Below are positions 12,120 to 26,544 of a stretch of 64,000 nt of DNA, one piece after another. The first letter of the stretch is position 1. Each line of letters starts with the position of its first letter. This DNA is from Camelus ferus (taxonomy: Eukaryota): contig NC_045697.1 of the NCBI RefSeq assembly GCF_009834535.1, forward strand, positions 57,166,001 to 57,230,000. Reading direction: 5' to 3'. The notes below the pieces were generated by a model that ran no database searches, was not told where the DNA came from, and was given only the letters and a program-made list of their open reading frames with translations. A program made the translations under genes and the position numbers.

Positions 12120-15070
12120 TTGTTTTCAAATAACATTATTGTACACAAAATATTTATTAAGTGATCAGTTCCAAGAGTTTTGATAGATATATACAGTTGC
12201 ATAAACACTACTATAATCATGATATAGAATATTGCCACTACTCTCCCCTGACCAAGCTTCTAGAAACCAGTCAGTTGCTTTCTGGCAACATAATTTTTGC
12301 TTTTCATAGACTTTATTGTAAATGGAATAATATAGTATGTAGTCTTCTGTATCAGACATTTTTCACTGTAAGTAGTGCTATTGAGATTTATCTATGTTGC
12401 TGTGATAACATTTATTCTTTTTAATTTTGAGCAATATTTTATGTTATGATTATGCAAAATTAGATCATCAATCAAAATTCCAGTTGCTGTATCCTTTTGT
12501 TATTTCTAACTATGGCTATCATGAATAAATTTTCTCAGAACAGATACAGTTGAATACAAATCTTTGTGTTGAATATTTTTTATGAACTCTTAGATAAATA
12601 GCTAGGAGTGGGAGAGCTGGGTCATCTGATACATGTAGGTTTAACCTTCTAAGAAACTGCCAAACTATTTACCAAAGAGGCTGTATATTTATATATTTTT
12701 TCATTCTTGTCAGCAATGTGTGAACTTTATATTCTGGATCCTTGCAAATAGTTGCTATTTTCAACATTTAAACTTGTACCCATTCTGTGTACATAGTGGC
12801 ACCACAGTATGGTTTCAATTTGCATTTAATATTGATTATTGATATTAAACCTTTTTACATGTATTTACTTGCGTTGGGATATATTTTTTGGTTAAATGTC
12901 TTTAAACTTATGCCCATTTTTAATTGGGTAATTTTTCTTATTATTAAATTTTAGAGGCTCTTTATTTATTCTGGATACAAGTCCTTTATCAGTTACATGA
13001 TATGCAAATATCTTCTTCAAATGTAGCTTGTCTTTTTATTTTCTTAACATTACCCTTGGAGAGAAAGGGATTTTAATTTTTATGAAGTTCATTTGATGAA
13101 GATCAATTTTTAACTAGTTATTTTTTTATGTGTTGTTTCAGAAATCTTGATGAAAGGTAAAGTCACACAATTTTATCCTGTTTTTATTCCTTAAGAATTT
13201 GTATTCTTATATAGCTCTGTGAAACATTTTGAGGTACTTTTTGTGGTGTAAGTGTAATTTTTTTTGTTTTTTGTTTTGTATATGGATATCCAATTGTTTC
13301 AGTGACTTGGTTGAAAATCTCTCTTTCAATTTTAATTACTTGGTATTTTGCTGAAAATCAGTCTGTCACTTACATAATGTCCCTTGCCGAAAGTCTTTTT
13401 GGACTTTGTTATGTTCCAATTTTTATATTTCTATCATGATACCAGAAAATAAGTCTTGGTAACTATGACTTCATAGTAAATCTTGAAATCAGATAGAGCA
13501 AATGCTCCAAATTTGTTTGTGTGTTTGTTTTTGTAATTACTTTAGCCATTTCCAGGTGCATATATATTTTATAATTAGATTGTGAATTTATACCAAACAA
13601 AGTCTTCATTTTGTCAGGATTTAATTGAATCTGTAGATCAGTATGGGACGAATTTATTTTTTAACCACCATGACTTTTCTGTTCAATAAGCATAGTATAT
13701 TTTTTCATGTATTTATGTCTTTATTTTAGAAGTGCTCTGCAGCATTCAGTGTACATATTGACACTTTGTAAAGTTTATGTCTAAATATATCAGTTTTTGA
13801 TGCTATTTTAAATGTTTATTTCAATTTCTAATATTTGATGTAGTATGTAGAAATATAATTGATAATTTAGATTTACCTTGTATCTTTTGACCTTGCTAAA
13901 CTCACTCGTAATTCCAGTAACTCTTTTGTAGTATCCTTAGATTTTCCTGTAGGTCTTCAGTTGTCTACTGGTGAAAGCTATTTTACTTATTTTTTTCTAT
14001 TTAGTATTTTTTTTCTTTCTTTTTCTTTCTCTGTAAAAATTATTACATCCAGTACAATGAGGAATAGAAATGGTGAGAATGCTTAACTCTGACTTGTTCT
14101 TGATCTTAAGGGGAAAATATTGTTTTTACCATTAAGTATTTATCAGTCAGAATTTTAGAGATGCCGTTTATCTGTTTCCATTTTGTTATGAGTTTACAAA
14201 GTCTTTTTTTAAGTCATGAATCAGTGCTAAATTTTGTCTCTTGTTTTTGCATCTGTTGAGATGATCATATGGTTCTACTTTCTTAGTCTGGTAATATGGT
14301 GAATTGAATTGGTTGATTTTCATATGTTAAAACAACCTTATATTTCTTTGAGATGAAATCTATATTGTCATAATTATCTTTTTTATGCTTTCCTACATTT
14401 GATTTCCTAAAAATTTATATTTTCCTATATTCAATTTGCTATAATTTTGTTAAGAATTTTTCCTGTGTGTTCACAAGAGGTGTTAATCTGTGGCTTTGTT
14501 TTCTTATATTGTTTCTGCTAATTTTGTTATGACTTACAGAGCAAGTTAAGAGGATTCTCTTTTGTCTTATTTCTAGAAGAAATTATGTACACTTGGTATC
14601 AAAGTATAGTAGAATTGGTATAAAAAGTATAGTAGAATTCACTAGTGAAGCCATCTGGCCTAAAGCTTCAATTAAGGGAATGTTTCTAACTACAAATTAA
14701 ATTTCTTTAATGTGTGTACTAATAGTTTAGTTATCTGTTTCTTTTTAATTGTGCTTTGGCATTTTGTATCTTTTGAGCAGTTTTTCTACTTCCTTTAAGT
14801 TATCAATATGTTGGTATAGTATTGCTAGTAATATTCTTTTATTGTCTTTTAATTCTTAATATCTATATTCATGTTACCTCTTTGTTTCTGATATTGGAAA
14901 CATTTCCTCTTTTCTTGATCTGCCTGGCTAATCGGCCTGGCTCATTTATGTTATTGATCTTTAAAATTGACTTTTATTCTCTTGCTTTTGTGCTTTAAAT
15001 TATTGATTTGTACTCTGATCGTCATTGTTTCATTTCTTCTGCTTACTTTGAATTTCATTTTCTCTTTAGA
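12120..15070 (-). mobile_element. Old L1 (L1MC/L1MD-like): 3' UTR plus ~2.3 kb of decayed ORF2
   Basis: Continuous antisense L1 motifs: aagaaactgccaaactatttt, ggatacaagtcctttatcag, ttgaatctgtagatca, tccagtacaatgaggaatagaaatggtgaga, cactagtgaagccatctggcc. Confidence 0.9.
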
Positions 15071-18000
15071 ATGGAATTTGGGATCATATCAGGTTGGAAA
15101 CATTTCACTCTTTAGTTATCACAGTGATGTGCGATCATTATTGTCTTGTAGTTGCTCTGGTTCTGGAAAACTTCTTAACCATGCAAACTTCTATACATTG
15201 AAGGTTACTTTATTAAATATTAACTAACCATATCTTAGTACATGTTTATCAGATTGATAGATTCCCCTATTATTTAAAACAAAAGAGCAATACAATTTAC
15301 TGAGGAAGATACAGAGCAGGTAAAGTGTCATTTGAGTTGCATGAGGACACTAGACTACAATGGGGCAAGAGACGGAAAGTGGTGACAAAATAATGACAAA
15401 TAGCATGAAGGGACCAATACCTAGCATCGTCTTTCTTAAATTAACCTTATATTAAGCTAGTGCTATTTCTGATAATTTTCCAAAATGTCGCAAAATCTTC
15501 TTTTCATTACAGTAAGATATGTGTGCTATTAATAAATGAAAAACAAATATCAATTGTAAAAGGCAAATATCAACTTGTAAACCTTGAGGAAAGAGCAAGG
15601 ACTGAAAATAAATATTTCAGTGATTGACTGCTTAAAATGTAATTTTACAGACTCTCAGCATACTGAACTTGCTCCCATTTGATTAGTTTAGCAGACATCT
15701 TTATTTTTATGCAGAAAGCCATATGTACAGTCTAATACCAACTAAACTCTTTAAGGATTCCCCTTTATAAGGCACTAAAAAGTACTGCGTTGATGCTGCC
15801 TATTTCTATGCAAAGAGGCAGAAAATGGATCATTTGGAAAAAGCTAATCTATACTCATTCCTAGGTTTAATTTTCTGAAACCGTAGAATCATTTGAATTT
15901 AAACTGACTGACTTCCAGTTGATCCAGCTGTTTATTAGCAATATAAAGTTGCAGATCACAAAAGTAGTTTTTTTTTTTAAATAAAGAATAAGAAAACACA
16001 TTTTCTGAATCTTCTCATGGTAAATAAATTTCAAAAAGCCTTCAGTGCCATTCTTAGTTTTATATGCTTTAGAATTAATAGTTATCATTTGCTGTCCTTT
16101 GCTTTCACCAACTTACCAATTTCTAATAAAGGTAAATACATGAAGCTTTGTTCCTTCCACTTGTTATGGAGCACCATGTAGTACTTACCACAAATAAAGT
16201 TGAATGAATCTTTTATATTTTATATCAAAGATTTTTGTAGTTCCAAACTCTTGCATTTATAACTTCTTGAAATTTATCTATATCATTCTACTTTTTATTT
16301 TAAACCTATCAGCTGAGACAATTCAATAAGTTTTCCTGTAACACAATGTTTTCCCTTTTATGGTTCATAACTAACCTTACTGTCTACACGTTATATTCTT
16401 GTCTTTCCTTGGATGATTCTATACAATGTATTTTATTCAGTTCATTTAACTAGTGAAAAGAGGAATAAATAAGATTATTTTATTAGTAAATTTTTGTTAA
16501 CTTTTCAATAAAATGCATTTGATACATGCTCAACTACTGCAGAGAGATCTATGTTAAATTCAGAACAGCTTAACCATACAGTCTTTAAATCAGAGTAATC
16601 CACTAACAACTTGATTAAAATTAAGCAATACTGATCTCTTTTATATTACTAGCCAAATTACAAAAATCAACTAATTCCTACTGTAACATTTTCACAACTA
16701 ATGGAAAAATTTAGTAAATTATGTTACAAATAAACTCATTATGAATAGAAAGTTACATTTACATATATTTGGAGGGAACAATGATATTTCATATTTTCTA
16801 CTTTTATACACTTTGTCATAGCAAAATATTTTGCACACTAATTTGACTCGAAATCTCTTTAAACTTGATATATATTTCCTATTGAAAATAAACAGTTCTT
16901 GTGAAGTGATTCTAAAAAATCCCTTTTTTGTTGGTTGATTTTATAAAAGGGGGACATCCTAGTTAAATCAAAGTCAAAAAAACAAAACAAAACATAATAA
17001 ATTGAACAAAAAAATCTAACCACACAATAAAAACAAACCTTCTTAATGTAAGCAATTCTTTCATTGTAGGGTTATAAAAGATGACAACTTGGTACAATTA
17101 TTTAAGTATATTATTCCTTTCACATTTTTACTCCCAATCAAATCCTTTTTCCCTTATCCAACAAGAGATAAAGGAAAAAAAGAAGACACAACTAATATTT
17201 AATAGGTTTTCATAGAAGGAAGAAAAATATAATTATACTCCTATAAAACGTACTTTTTACTTGTACTCCACAGAAAACCAAATGACTGGAATAAAATTGC
17301 TATTTGATATAGATAAAGATGATTTAGTCAGTTGAATATATCATGAAATTTTAAAAATCAAACAAAATTTTGGGTAGAGGAAATCACTGAACAGTAAGTG
17401 GCCTAATTTACATAGTTATATATTCGCAGACTCAGAGAATGTTAGAATTGGGAGAGACTTTTAAAATTATTTTGTGGCACAGATTAAGGCACTTTTACTA
17501 TACTCTCCGTAAGTTTTGATGATTAATATGATATAACTTTTTTTTTACCTTTTATAAGCAAATTATTTTGATTCTCATGATAAAGGACAGAAAGTTGAAT
17601 GGATAATTACAGTGGTTACTGTTCAAAAATTTATCTTTAAATTTCATTTTATAAAGGTAGTAGTGGGAGAAGAATCCAGTTAAAAATGACCGTTTTCCGT
17701 TGAATTTATCTCATAAGAAAAACTTGTTGTCTGAGTATCTTTTATCTCTAAATGTAATCTTTAACATTTTGAGATCAGAACATTTGCAGTTATATGTGAT
17801 GAAGTAAACTATAGTGATATAAGAATTGATATTCAAAATTGAAAATGAAGAATTAAATGTAACCCAGAAAATACAGTCAAACAATTTGTTGAGTAAAGTG
17901 TGGATTATACAGGCTCAAAACTCTCCAAGGATTTACTGGATTGGAAGTGGAATGGAGAAAACTTGTTGCTTTCTTTAAATATAAAAAACAAATCCATATG

Positions 18001-19234
18001 ATTATTCTCATTCATATAAGGCTAGCTTTGATTACATTTCCAACTTCAAAAACACAACCAAAGACAGAACTCTGCTTCAAACACAATTATATATAAATAT
18101 GGATGTGCCAATAGATTTTTAGGTATACAGGTATAGACATAAATTTCAGATTCTCCAAATCTCTAAAACAGAGAATTTTACTGTGTCACATAACTTTTCC
18201 TAAATATGTGACAATACTCTCCGAAAACTTTAAGACATTAGCTTATGTGTCCTGAAAAAGATTCTAAGCCTTAAGCTATATAGCCTTATTTTCTATAAAA
18301 ATCATATTGTACATGGTACTCTCCTTCCTCTAGCCATATGTAATTTTTCAGCTGAGTATCCATGAACACTTGATGTGTCCTGAAGCATACTGTGTACCTT
18401 TTCCCCAGAGCTCTCATTTGTGGTGCTATTGTAGAATGGTGTATCCTACTCCTCCGGCTGAAAGCAGCAAACGGATATCTGTGCTCAGATTTTTGAATCA
18501 AACTGACTATAGCTGTTGTGTCACAGTTTGCCCTTATATTAGATTTCAACCAAATTCAATTACACAGTGTGCTCCTTGCTGCCATGGGATGAATGGCAGG
18601 ACAAAGATGAATGAACACAACTGCTGCAATTGATTGATCCTAACATGCCTGCAGGTTGATTAAAGTGTCTAGGAGCAAAATGAAGAATAGTAGTCATCTG
18701 TAACTACTGGTCAGTCTTTAAATTAACTGAAAATTTCATGAAATACCATGCATTTAATTGAATGCATTTTTATATTTTGAGACTGTTAAAAAAAGATTTT
18801 TTTCTTAAATAGATACTTTAAAAAGCATATATGTCTTAGATACTTGAATTTCTAATATTTATAATGCTTGTTATAAAATAATGAATTGTGTATAATGATA
18901 ATGAGGTAATGGTATAATCAAAGGAATAAATGACAATGTATATGAATTGGAAATATTTTTATTTTTAAAAGTTGCCAGTATATTAATGGATACTGTTAAC
19001 ATTTAAAATGGCAAGAAGTAATGTTAAAATTTTATATGAATTTTCATTGGAAGTATTTATTATTAGCATTGTTGTTATATGATTTGGATTTAAAAATAGC
19101 TTGATTATAGTAAATATAATTTTTCAGTCTTCCAGAAATTATAATTCAAAAGCTTTCCATGAAGGATGATATGAAGATCTATTATGTGATAGTATAATAA
19201 ATGGGTTTCTAAGGCATGTTTTAAAAATACACTC

Positions 19235-19625
19235 CACTTAGCATAACCAAAGGCAGATCACTGATTTATTTATATTACATTACAAGAAATTAAGATATAA
19301 GAGAGTTTGGATGTGGTAGGTATTGCAGCTTAACATTGCTTGCTGCCAGGGAACTAGGTCCTTCAGTCATTAGCATACAGCTTTATTCTCATATTGTTGG
19401 AGCCTTCAGTATCTCTTGGTCTTATATGCACAATTCTGGCCAGAATAGATTTGAAAGAATGAAATTGTCTTTATTCTTAATCTTTTCTTTTTATTCTTTG
19501 GGAAGATAAACCCTCCTCAGGCCCCCAGCTCAGCCCCAAGGATTTCCACTTACTGGCGGAAGACAGCAATGGATTTGGGTGAGCTTGTAAGGGAGTAGTT
19601 ATGAATATGTTGCGTAGGCAAACTT
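19235..19625 (-). mobile_element. Ancient ERVL/MaLR-type LTR remnant (LTR33/MLT1-like)
   Basis: Local GC rise with decayed motifs, ending aatatgttgcgtaggcaaac; family uncertain. Confidence 0.35.
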
Positions 19626-21242
19626 ATCTGTCAGGAGATTGGTGATTTTTTTTTTATCCTTTAACAATTAATTACCGAATAGATTAGACTTAATTCTTCA
19701 TGAATTTCATCACACAATGTAATAAACTTGATATACCAAAAAAATAAAAGCTCAAGTTGTGAAATCTGATTTTTATTCTGGTGCTTCTGTTATAGAAGTG
19801 ACTACTGTATAACTTATGGGTTCGGCAGCCAATAAGTTTGTAATTTATCCATATCTCTAATAGTGGAAGCAGGCCCACAGAGGCCTCTGCTTAAAACTAT
19901 TCTGCATTATAATCAGATGGAACTTTGATAAAATTGACATCCTAACTTCTTATTCAAAATTTATGTGACACATGACCATATCCAATTTGTAGATAAGGTA
20001 CTATAATAGAAAAGAAGTACTTCACATGCAAAAATTCAGCCTTTGGCTTTACATATGAGCATAGCATGCATTGAAACCCTAATTTCTTTGGGAAATATTT
20101 TTTACATGTAAATCTGATTTCTTGTCTTCTTTGACTTAGTAAAGTTTTTCATCATCATTTTAAGGCATGCACTATGTCTCAGTTCTTAGGAATACCTCCA
20201 AGGTACAGAAAATGCTAAAAAGCTCCTTTATTAACCCACCTATAAATGAAAATTGATTCTGGAAAATGGCTCTGTTCTGCAGTAAAGGTATCTTATAGTA
20301 AAGGACAGATACAGACTTTTGAGCACTGAAATTCAAGATTGTAAAATTATTATATACTGTAAATAATTTAAAAAGTAGTTATGTTTTTTCTATTCTACTC
20401 CTGATTTTTGCTTTTGCTTCCTTTCCTACCTCCCTTCCTTCTTTCCCCCCTCCCTCTTTCTTTTCTTTTTTTTAAAAAAAATTGGTATATTAAAGTTGAA
20501 AAAAAATTGCATTTTGAAGTAAGCTTTTTTATTGATCATTTTCAGATTACACTTTCTGTGTAACTTAATTTTAAAATGCACTGGATTGTGGTCTGGTTAA
20601 AATATGTGTAATTCAGTGTTTTATTTTTAAGTCACAATTTTATTTATATTTTAAGTGAAACCTTGAAATTTCTGTAATTATTGTTATTGAAATGAGAATG
20701 TATTTATGCTTTTATCAAATAAATAATGAGTAAGGATTTTAACTCTACATGTAAATAATGCTATTTTTATGCAGGTTTTTACATTTGCGTTGTTATCTAA
20801 TCGGAAAACACAAATAGATTAAGAAAATAGGTTCATCATTATGTTCTAAGTAAATCATCTGTTTTTTTCAGTTCACAGTTTAATTGAATATAATTTCTTA
20901 TAATTGTTAGTATAGTTAAATATTTTCTTGAATTATGGCCTTAAAATCTGAGGAATAGTCAAATGTTTGACCAAGCTTTTTACATCTCAGAGGGAAAGAG
21001 AGAGAGAGCGCATGAGGGCTGTCTGGTATGTGACTTACACTTTTCTACTATTTTCAAAAGTAGTATATAGTATAAGAGAGAAAAGCTTTCTTGGAAATTA
21101 GGCAAACAAAAATAAATTAATACACACATGAAATTTTCTAGGACTTTCTCTGCTTAAAGTTGTCATTTTGATAATTATATCATGCTTTAAAAAATGAATG
21201 CCATTGCCTAAATTCTCTTTTTTCAAAGCACCAATTATTTGG

Positions 21243-21890
21243 TGTTGCTGGTGATTAGGTTCTTGTCTCTTGTCACAGAAAGAATTCAGAGATGAGACAA
21301 GGAGGTTAAGAAAGTAAAGTAGAGATTTATTGAGGAATAGATAGGACACTCTCAAGGGGAGGGTGAGCAGGCTCAGGTGAGCAGCTGCGCTGAGTTTCTT
21401 TGGCAAGTTGGTTACATAGAATGTAAAAATGAATAGGTGGAATATTCATTAGGGAGGGAAGGGTTTGGGGTCGTATTCCCTGATTTCCATCCCAGCTCCA
21501 CCTTCCCAAGGGAAGAAGGGATTTTTGTCCTTATTTAGTCTGGATTGGAGGTGTCATGGCATTGGTGCATGATGGATACTTCTAATCTGCAAGGCCAATT
21601 TTATTGTAATGAAGGCATAATGAGCAAATATTACATTTGGACACTGGAGATTCCTACCTTTCCCCACTTTTCTTTGTCAACCTCCAGGCCACTTGTTACC
21701 CTAAAATGTGTGATTACATATCAGTGTAGAGGTTCCTGTTTTCTTTGCCTGCCCAGGGACCCCTGTTGTATACATGGTATACAGTTTCCTGCATTTGGCC
21801 CTGTGCCCCTCTCCTTTTTTGCCCAATTCCTGCCATTTGGCCCATGTCCTCCTTTCTCTGCTCATATCTAGCTATCTGCCTGCTCTAACA
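21243..21890 (-). mobile_element. ERV1-class solo LTR, 648 bp, with 4-bp TSD
   Basis: TGTT...AACA termini; TTGG on both flanks (21239-21242, 21891-21894); minus-strand AATAAA at 21326-21331. Confidence 0.9.
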
Positions 21891-22057
21891 TTGGGATTCC
21901 AAAGTTAATTTTAATTTTTCTAAAATAAGCTAGATATACTAAAATAGAATTTTAAAAGCTGTTGGCAAAATTTAACTTTTAGTATAAAAGAAAGCAAATT
22001 ATTTTCTAACACTAATGATGTATTTCTGATAGTCTTTTTCAAACAAGTATGTTTCTG

Positions 22058-22575
22058 AGGAGTGCTGAAATATTTTTTGCCATGGACTCTTGTCATTCAT
22101 GTGAAGTCTGTGGGCCATTTTCTCAGAATAATGTTTTTAAAAACCTACAATGAATTAGATAGAATTACAAACATTATATTGAAATAGTCCTCTGTCTCTC
22201 TGTGTATCTCTCTATTGATTGATCAATCTATCATCTATACCTTTTCTAGTACTATAGCAAATAAAATATCTAGTGATTTATTAATAATTACCATTATTGC
22301 AAATCAGTGACCTTAAATCATAGTTCAAGATATCCAGAAAAATTATAATTTGCTATGAAACTATCTTGGATTTCTTTGGAAATAGAAGTCATAGATACTG
22401 CTCATACAACTATGGTTTGTTACCTAAATTTATAGCCAAATAAAATACTATATTTTACTTAGACTTTAGTAAAATAAAATGTAATTATTTTTCCATCAAA
22501 GATTATGGGCTCACTGTTCTCTACCTATGGACTTTTTGACTGTTGTCTGAGTATCTTGCATTAAGAATCAGTGAT
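22058..22575 (+). mobile_element. hAT-Charlie non-autonomous DNA transposon, MER119-like
   Basis: ttttttgccatggactc...ttctcagaataatgtttttaaa and gtcatagatactgctcatacaactatggtttgtt match recalled MER119 motifs; termini decayed. Confidence 0.75.
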
Positions 22576-22629
22576 TATAGGTAGCACTTGATTTTGTTTT
22601 CACTATGATAGATATCTGTGCTATTTTGA

Positions 22630-22926
22630 TGGATAAGATACCATTCTTATTCTAGAGGAATCATAATCTAGCAGAAAAGGGTGACTACAGTGAGATAGCT
22701 CTGATCCAATGTGATGAAAGCAATAATAGAGGCATGCGCCAAAAATTTCTTTGGGAACACATGTGGAAGAGTTAACTTTCCATAAGTGGATATTGTAGGA
22801 AACAGAGAACATGATGACATTTAAGATAATCTTGGAAATATGGAGATATCCACAGTACAGAATGTTTAAAGAGACACATATTCCAGATCCAGGCAATAAC
22901 AAAAGTGTAAAAACCTAGACACCTGG
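22630..22926 (-). mobile_element. L2 fragment
   Basis: Purine-rich antisense L2 pattern (aatgtgatgaaagcaataatagagg...ctttgggaacaca, attccagatccaggcaataaca). Confidence 0.55.
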
Positions 22927-23149
22927 CAATTAATATTCCATTGCATGTTTTATTATTATTACTCCTGTGTTATGTTTTTTACATCATACATAGCAATCTA
23001 ATATTAGACCTTTTTTTTGATCTGCAAATGAGAAAAAAAATCATATGTGATGTTCATTTTATTTTTTCATATATTTAAATATCCATCTTTGCTATATTAG
23101 GACAATTTCAGAAAGAGTAATACTTTTTCCATTATCATGATAGAGAAGA

Positions 23150-26100
23150 ATTCCACTTCTGGCTTTTGTGGACTAGATTGTATGAAACAAAATGTTCTTC
23201 AAAGTTACCAAAGAATTGGAGTCTTAATCAAGATCCCAGAGGGATAAAAACCCAGGGAGATGAGCTTCATTTTTGGTATTGGTGTTGCTCTTGAGACAAT
23301 GACCAATCCAAAAAGCTAAAACTGAAATCATAGGAATCCGGGAAGAAAGCTATTAATGAGAATCTTATAAATTAAAGATGAGTTATCCTGAGCCACATGG
23401 GCAGCAGTGAAATTTGACAGGACAAATTCAATCAATTAGGAGGGGCCTGGTTAAGCATCCCAGTCTCTTCTTTGGGGTGCTTCTAAAGCATATGTAATAG
23501 CAGTCAGCATGAACCAAAAGTAGATAAGTCTTCACCTACCAAAATACCAAACTCAAATGAGAACTCAATCCAAACTGGTTTAAGATGATCTAGTCATAAT
23601 ATAACTACCTTCCAAAGACAATGTTAACTTCTTTCTGGAAGAAGATAACCTTGGCAGAGACATAAGTTATGCCTACAGTTTTTCTTAGAAAATAGTATAT
23701 CCAGAATTCAATAAATAATGAGATTTTCAGAAAGATAAAACATTGATAACAATTCAAGAAAATAAGGCAGTAGAATGTGATACAGAGGAGATTATGAATA
23801 AGATTTGTGCTTTAATGTAAAGGATTACTGTTTTCAGGAATTTAAATAATAGTAGAAAGGTTCACATGAGAACTTGAAACCTTAAAAATGAGTTAAAGTG
23901 CATTGTGAAAATGAAAAATCAATAAACAAAATTAAAAAGTCAAAATATGTTTAATGGTACTTATATCAAATTATAAGAAATAATTCATAAAATAGAAAAT
24001 AAGCCAGAAGAGAATAGTCACACAATAGCATTGAGGAAGAAAGACAATAACAATTTTTTAAAAATCAGTTTTTCAGCTGAGGCTGCCATAACAAAATACC
24101 ATAAACAGGGACTCTTAAACAACAAGACTTTATTTTTCATAGTTGTGGAGGATGAAAAGTCTGAGATTAAGGTGCTGAATGATTTGGTTCCCCGGTGAGC
24201 TCTCTTCTTGACTTGCAAATGGACACTTCCTGGCCTTCTGGCCCTTACAAATAGGAGAGAGAGAGAGAGAGAGAGGAGCAAGCTCTCTGGTGTCTTCTTA
24301 GAATGACACTAATTATTTCATGACGGCCCCACCATCATGGCCTTATCTAACTTCAGTTACCTCTCGATGGCTCAACCTCAAAAGATCATCACATTGAAGG
24401 TTAGGGTTTCAACATATGACTTGAGGGGACCCAATTCAGTTTATAGCAAGGAGGATACCAGACATATATGATTTGTTGAAATGTTTTACAAATGTAACTG
24501 GAAGCTGCAAAGGAGACAGGAAAATAGGGAGACAATATTTTCAAAACTAATGGTAAGAATTTTCCAAAATTGACAAAAGACATTTTAACTAGATTCTTGA
24601 AGCCTTACCAAGTGAGCCAAGTTTAAAGGAAATATCTCTGATATTTTTTATGAAAATTGATGAAATATCAGAATAAGCAAAATTGTTAAAATTAGCTAGA
24701 AACCAAAAAGCAATGTAAAGGTTGTAGTTTATCTACTAGTAAAAACAAAAGCCAGAAATAATAGAAACCTATCAAATTATGTCATCAAAATGCTAAAAAT
24801 TTCCAACATAAAACTCTAAATCCAGCAAAATTTGCCTTCAAATAAAAGGGGGACATAAACATATTTTCAGAAAAAAAGTAAGAAAATGTGTCACTAGCAT
24901 AACTTTACAATGGAAATAATAAAAGCAGTTGCTTTAGGTCAAATGAAAATTACTCCATGTTGATACAAGAAGAAATAAATAGAAATACAAAGATAAAATA
25001 TAGGATTAAATTTATATAGAGAGTCTAAACCAATAGTCATAATATCTTGAAGAATTTAAATATACATAGGAATAAAATATGAAGCAGCAATATCAGAGAA
25101 AGAAGTAAATAAGAGGTAACCTTTCAATTTCTTGCATTGACCAGTAGGTGGGAACATAATAATTTTAATCAGAATATGACAAGAATGCATGTAGAAATCC
25201 TGAGGGTAATCACTAAAATAATAGCAAAGTAATGTAGAATTAACAAGTTTATGAAGTATGTGTAAAATAATACAAACATGATTAATTTAATAGATGACTG
25301 AAAAAAGGAGAGGTATAGAAATAGAAAACAGTAGAACTAATACAACATAAATGACAAGATGATTTATAAATCCAAATACATCAGCAATTACATTGTATTG
25401 TAAAAGAGACCAAATAATTCTAGTAAGATATCAGTACTTGAGAAAAGGAGGGGAAAAGAAAAACTTCATACTCCTCAAAAAAAAGACATGAATTAAAAAT
25501 AATGATACAAAATTTTACAAGTGAAAGAACAAAATATATACCATATAAACACTAGGTAAAGAAAGCTGTTGTAACTTTGTTTTACAACAGAGAAAAGTAG
25601 ACTGTAAAGCAAAAATCATGAAATGTAAAGATGGATGTTTCATAATGATAAAAGGATCACTCCATGTGGAAAACTTAACCATTCTAAATTTATTTTTACC
25701 TAACAATAGTCTAATATATACATATATATATTAGTCTGCGTGACCAACTGAATTTATCCAGAAGTGTAGATTACTTTGACTTTTGAAAAAACAATGCAGT
25801 CAATACCTGTCTTATAATTATTAAATAGATTCAGAAAAAAAATGACATAAAACTCTTAGCAAACTATAAAATGAAAAGAAGTTTCTTAATCTAATAAAGT
25901 ACATTTAGAAAACTCTACAACATATGTAATGATTAATGGTCAAATGCTTCAATTTTCCACTGAAAATGGAAACAAGAAAAGCATCTACAATATTGCCACC
26001 TCAGTGTAACGCTGGGATGAAGTACATTGCCAATAAAGTAAAGTAAAATAAAAAGTTTAAGTAACATAAATAAATAATTTGTGTTTATAAATGGTGTGAT

Positions 26101-26540
26101 TTTATATGTATAATATTCAATAATAAAATAATTAAATTTATAACTCACAAGATAAATATAAAACTGAATTTTACTGATATCCAACAACAATAGGCAATTA
26201 GAATGTAAGCTTTTGAGAAAAAGTGCCATTTATGATATCATCAAGAAACATAAAAATACTTATAAATAATAATAAAAATGTGCAAGATTTCTAACAGAAA
26301 GTATCAGATGGTTATTTAGCATAGTAAAAGAAAATATAAATAAATAGATGAATATATCATGCATTGATTAGAAAACTCATTATACTTTATTATATATTTT
26401 TAAATGTTGATTCTCCCAATATTGTAAAATATGTCAATTCTGTGTAAATACGATCCTCGGATTCAATATAGTATGAATTAAAATTTGATGCTCTTTTGGA
26501 AATTGAAAAGTTCAATGTGGAAACATATAGGTTTATCCAA
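23150..26540 (+). mobile_element. Old L1 (L1ME/L1M4-type) with 5' region, ORF1 and fragmented ORF2; interrupted by MLT1A0
   Basis: A-rich sense-strand L1 motifs: gaattttccaaaattgacaaaagaca, aaactctaaatccagcaaaa, ttcataatgataaaaggatca, tgttgattctcccaa. Confidence 0.7.
24065..24448 (-). mobile_element. MLT1A0-like MaLR solo LTR with internal (GA)n
   Basis: ggctgccataacaaaataccata...ttaaacaaca, gcaagctctctggtgtcttc, ggttagggtttcaacatatga...ttcagtttatagca. Confidence 0.9.
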
Positions 26541-26544
26541 GTTA

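Noticed and set aside
18286..18633. Two antiparallel 87-aa ORFs
   Set aside because: No homology recognised and no good splice-site pair; the region is kept only as a non-coding candidate.
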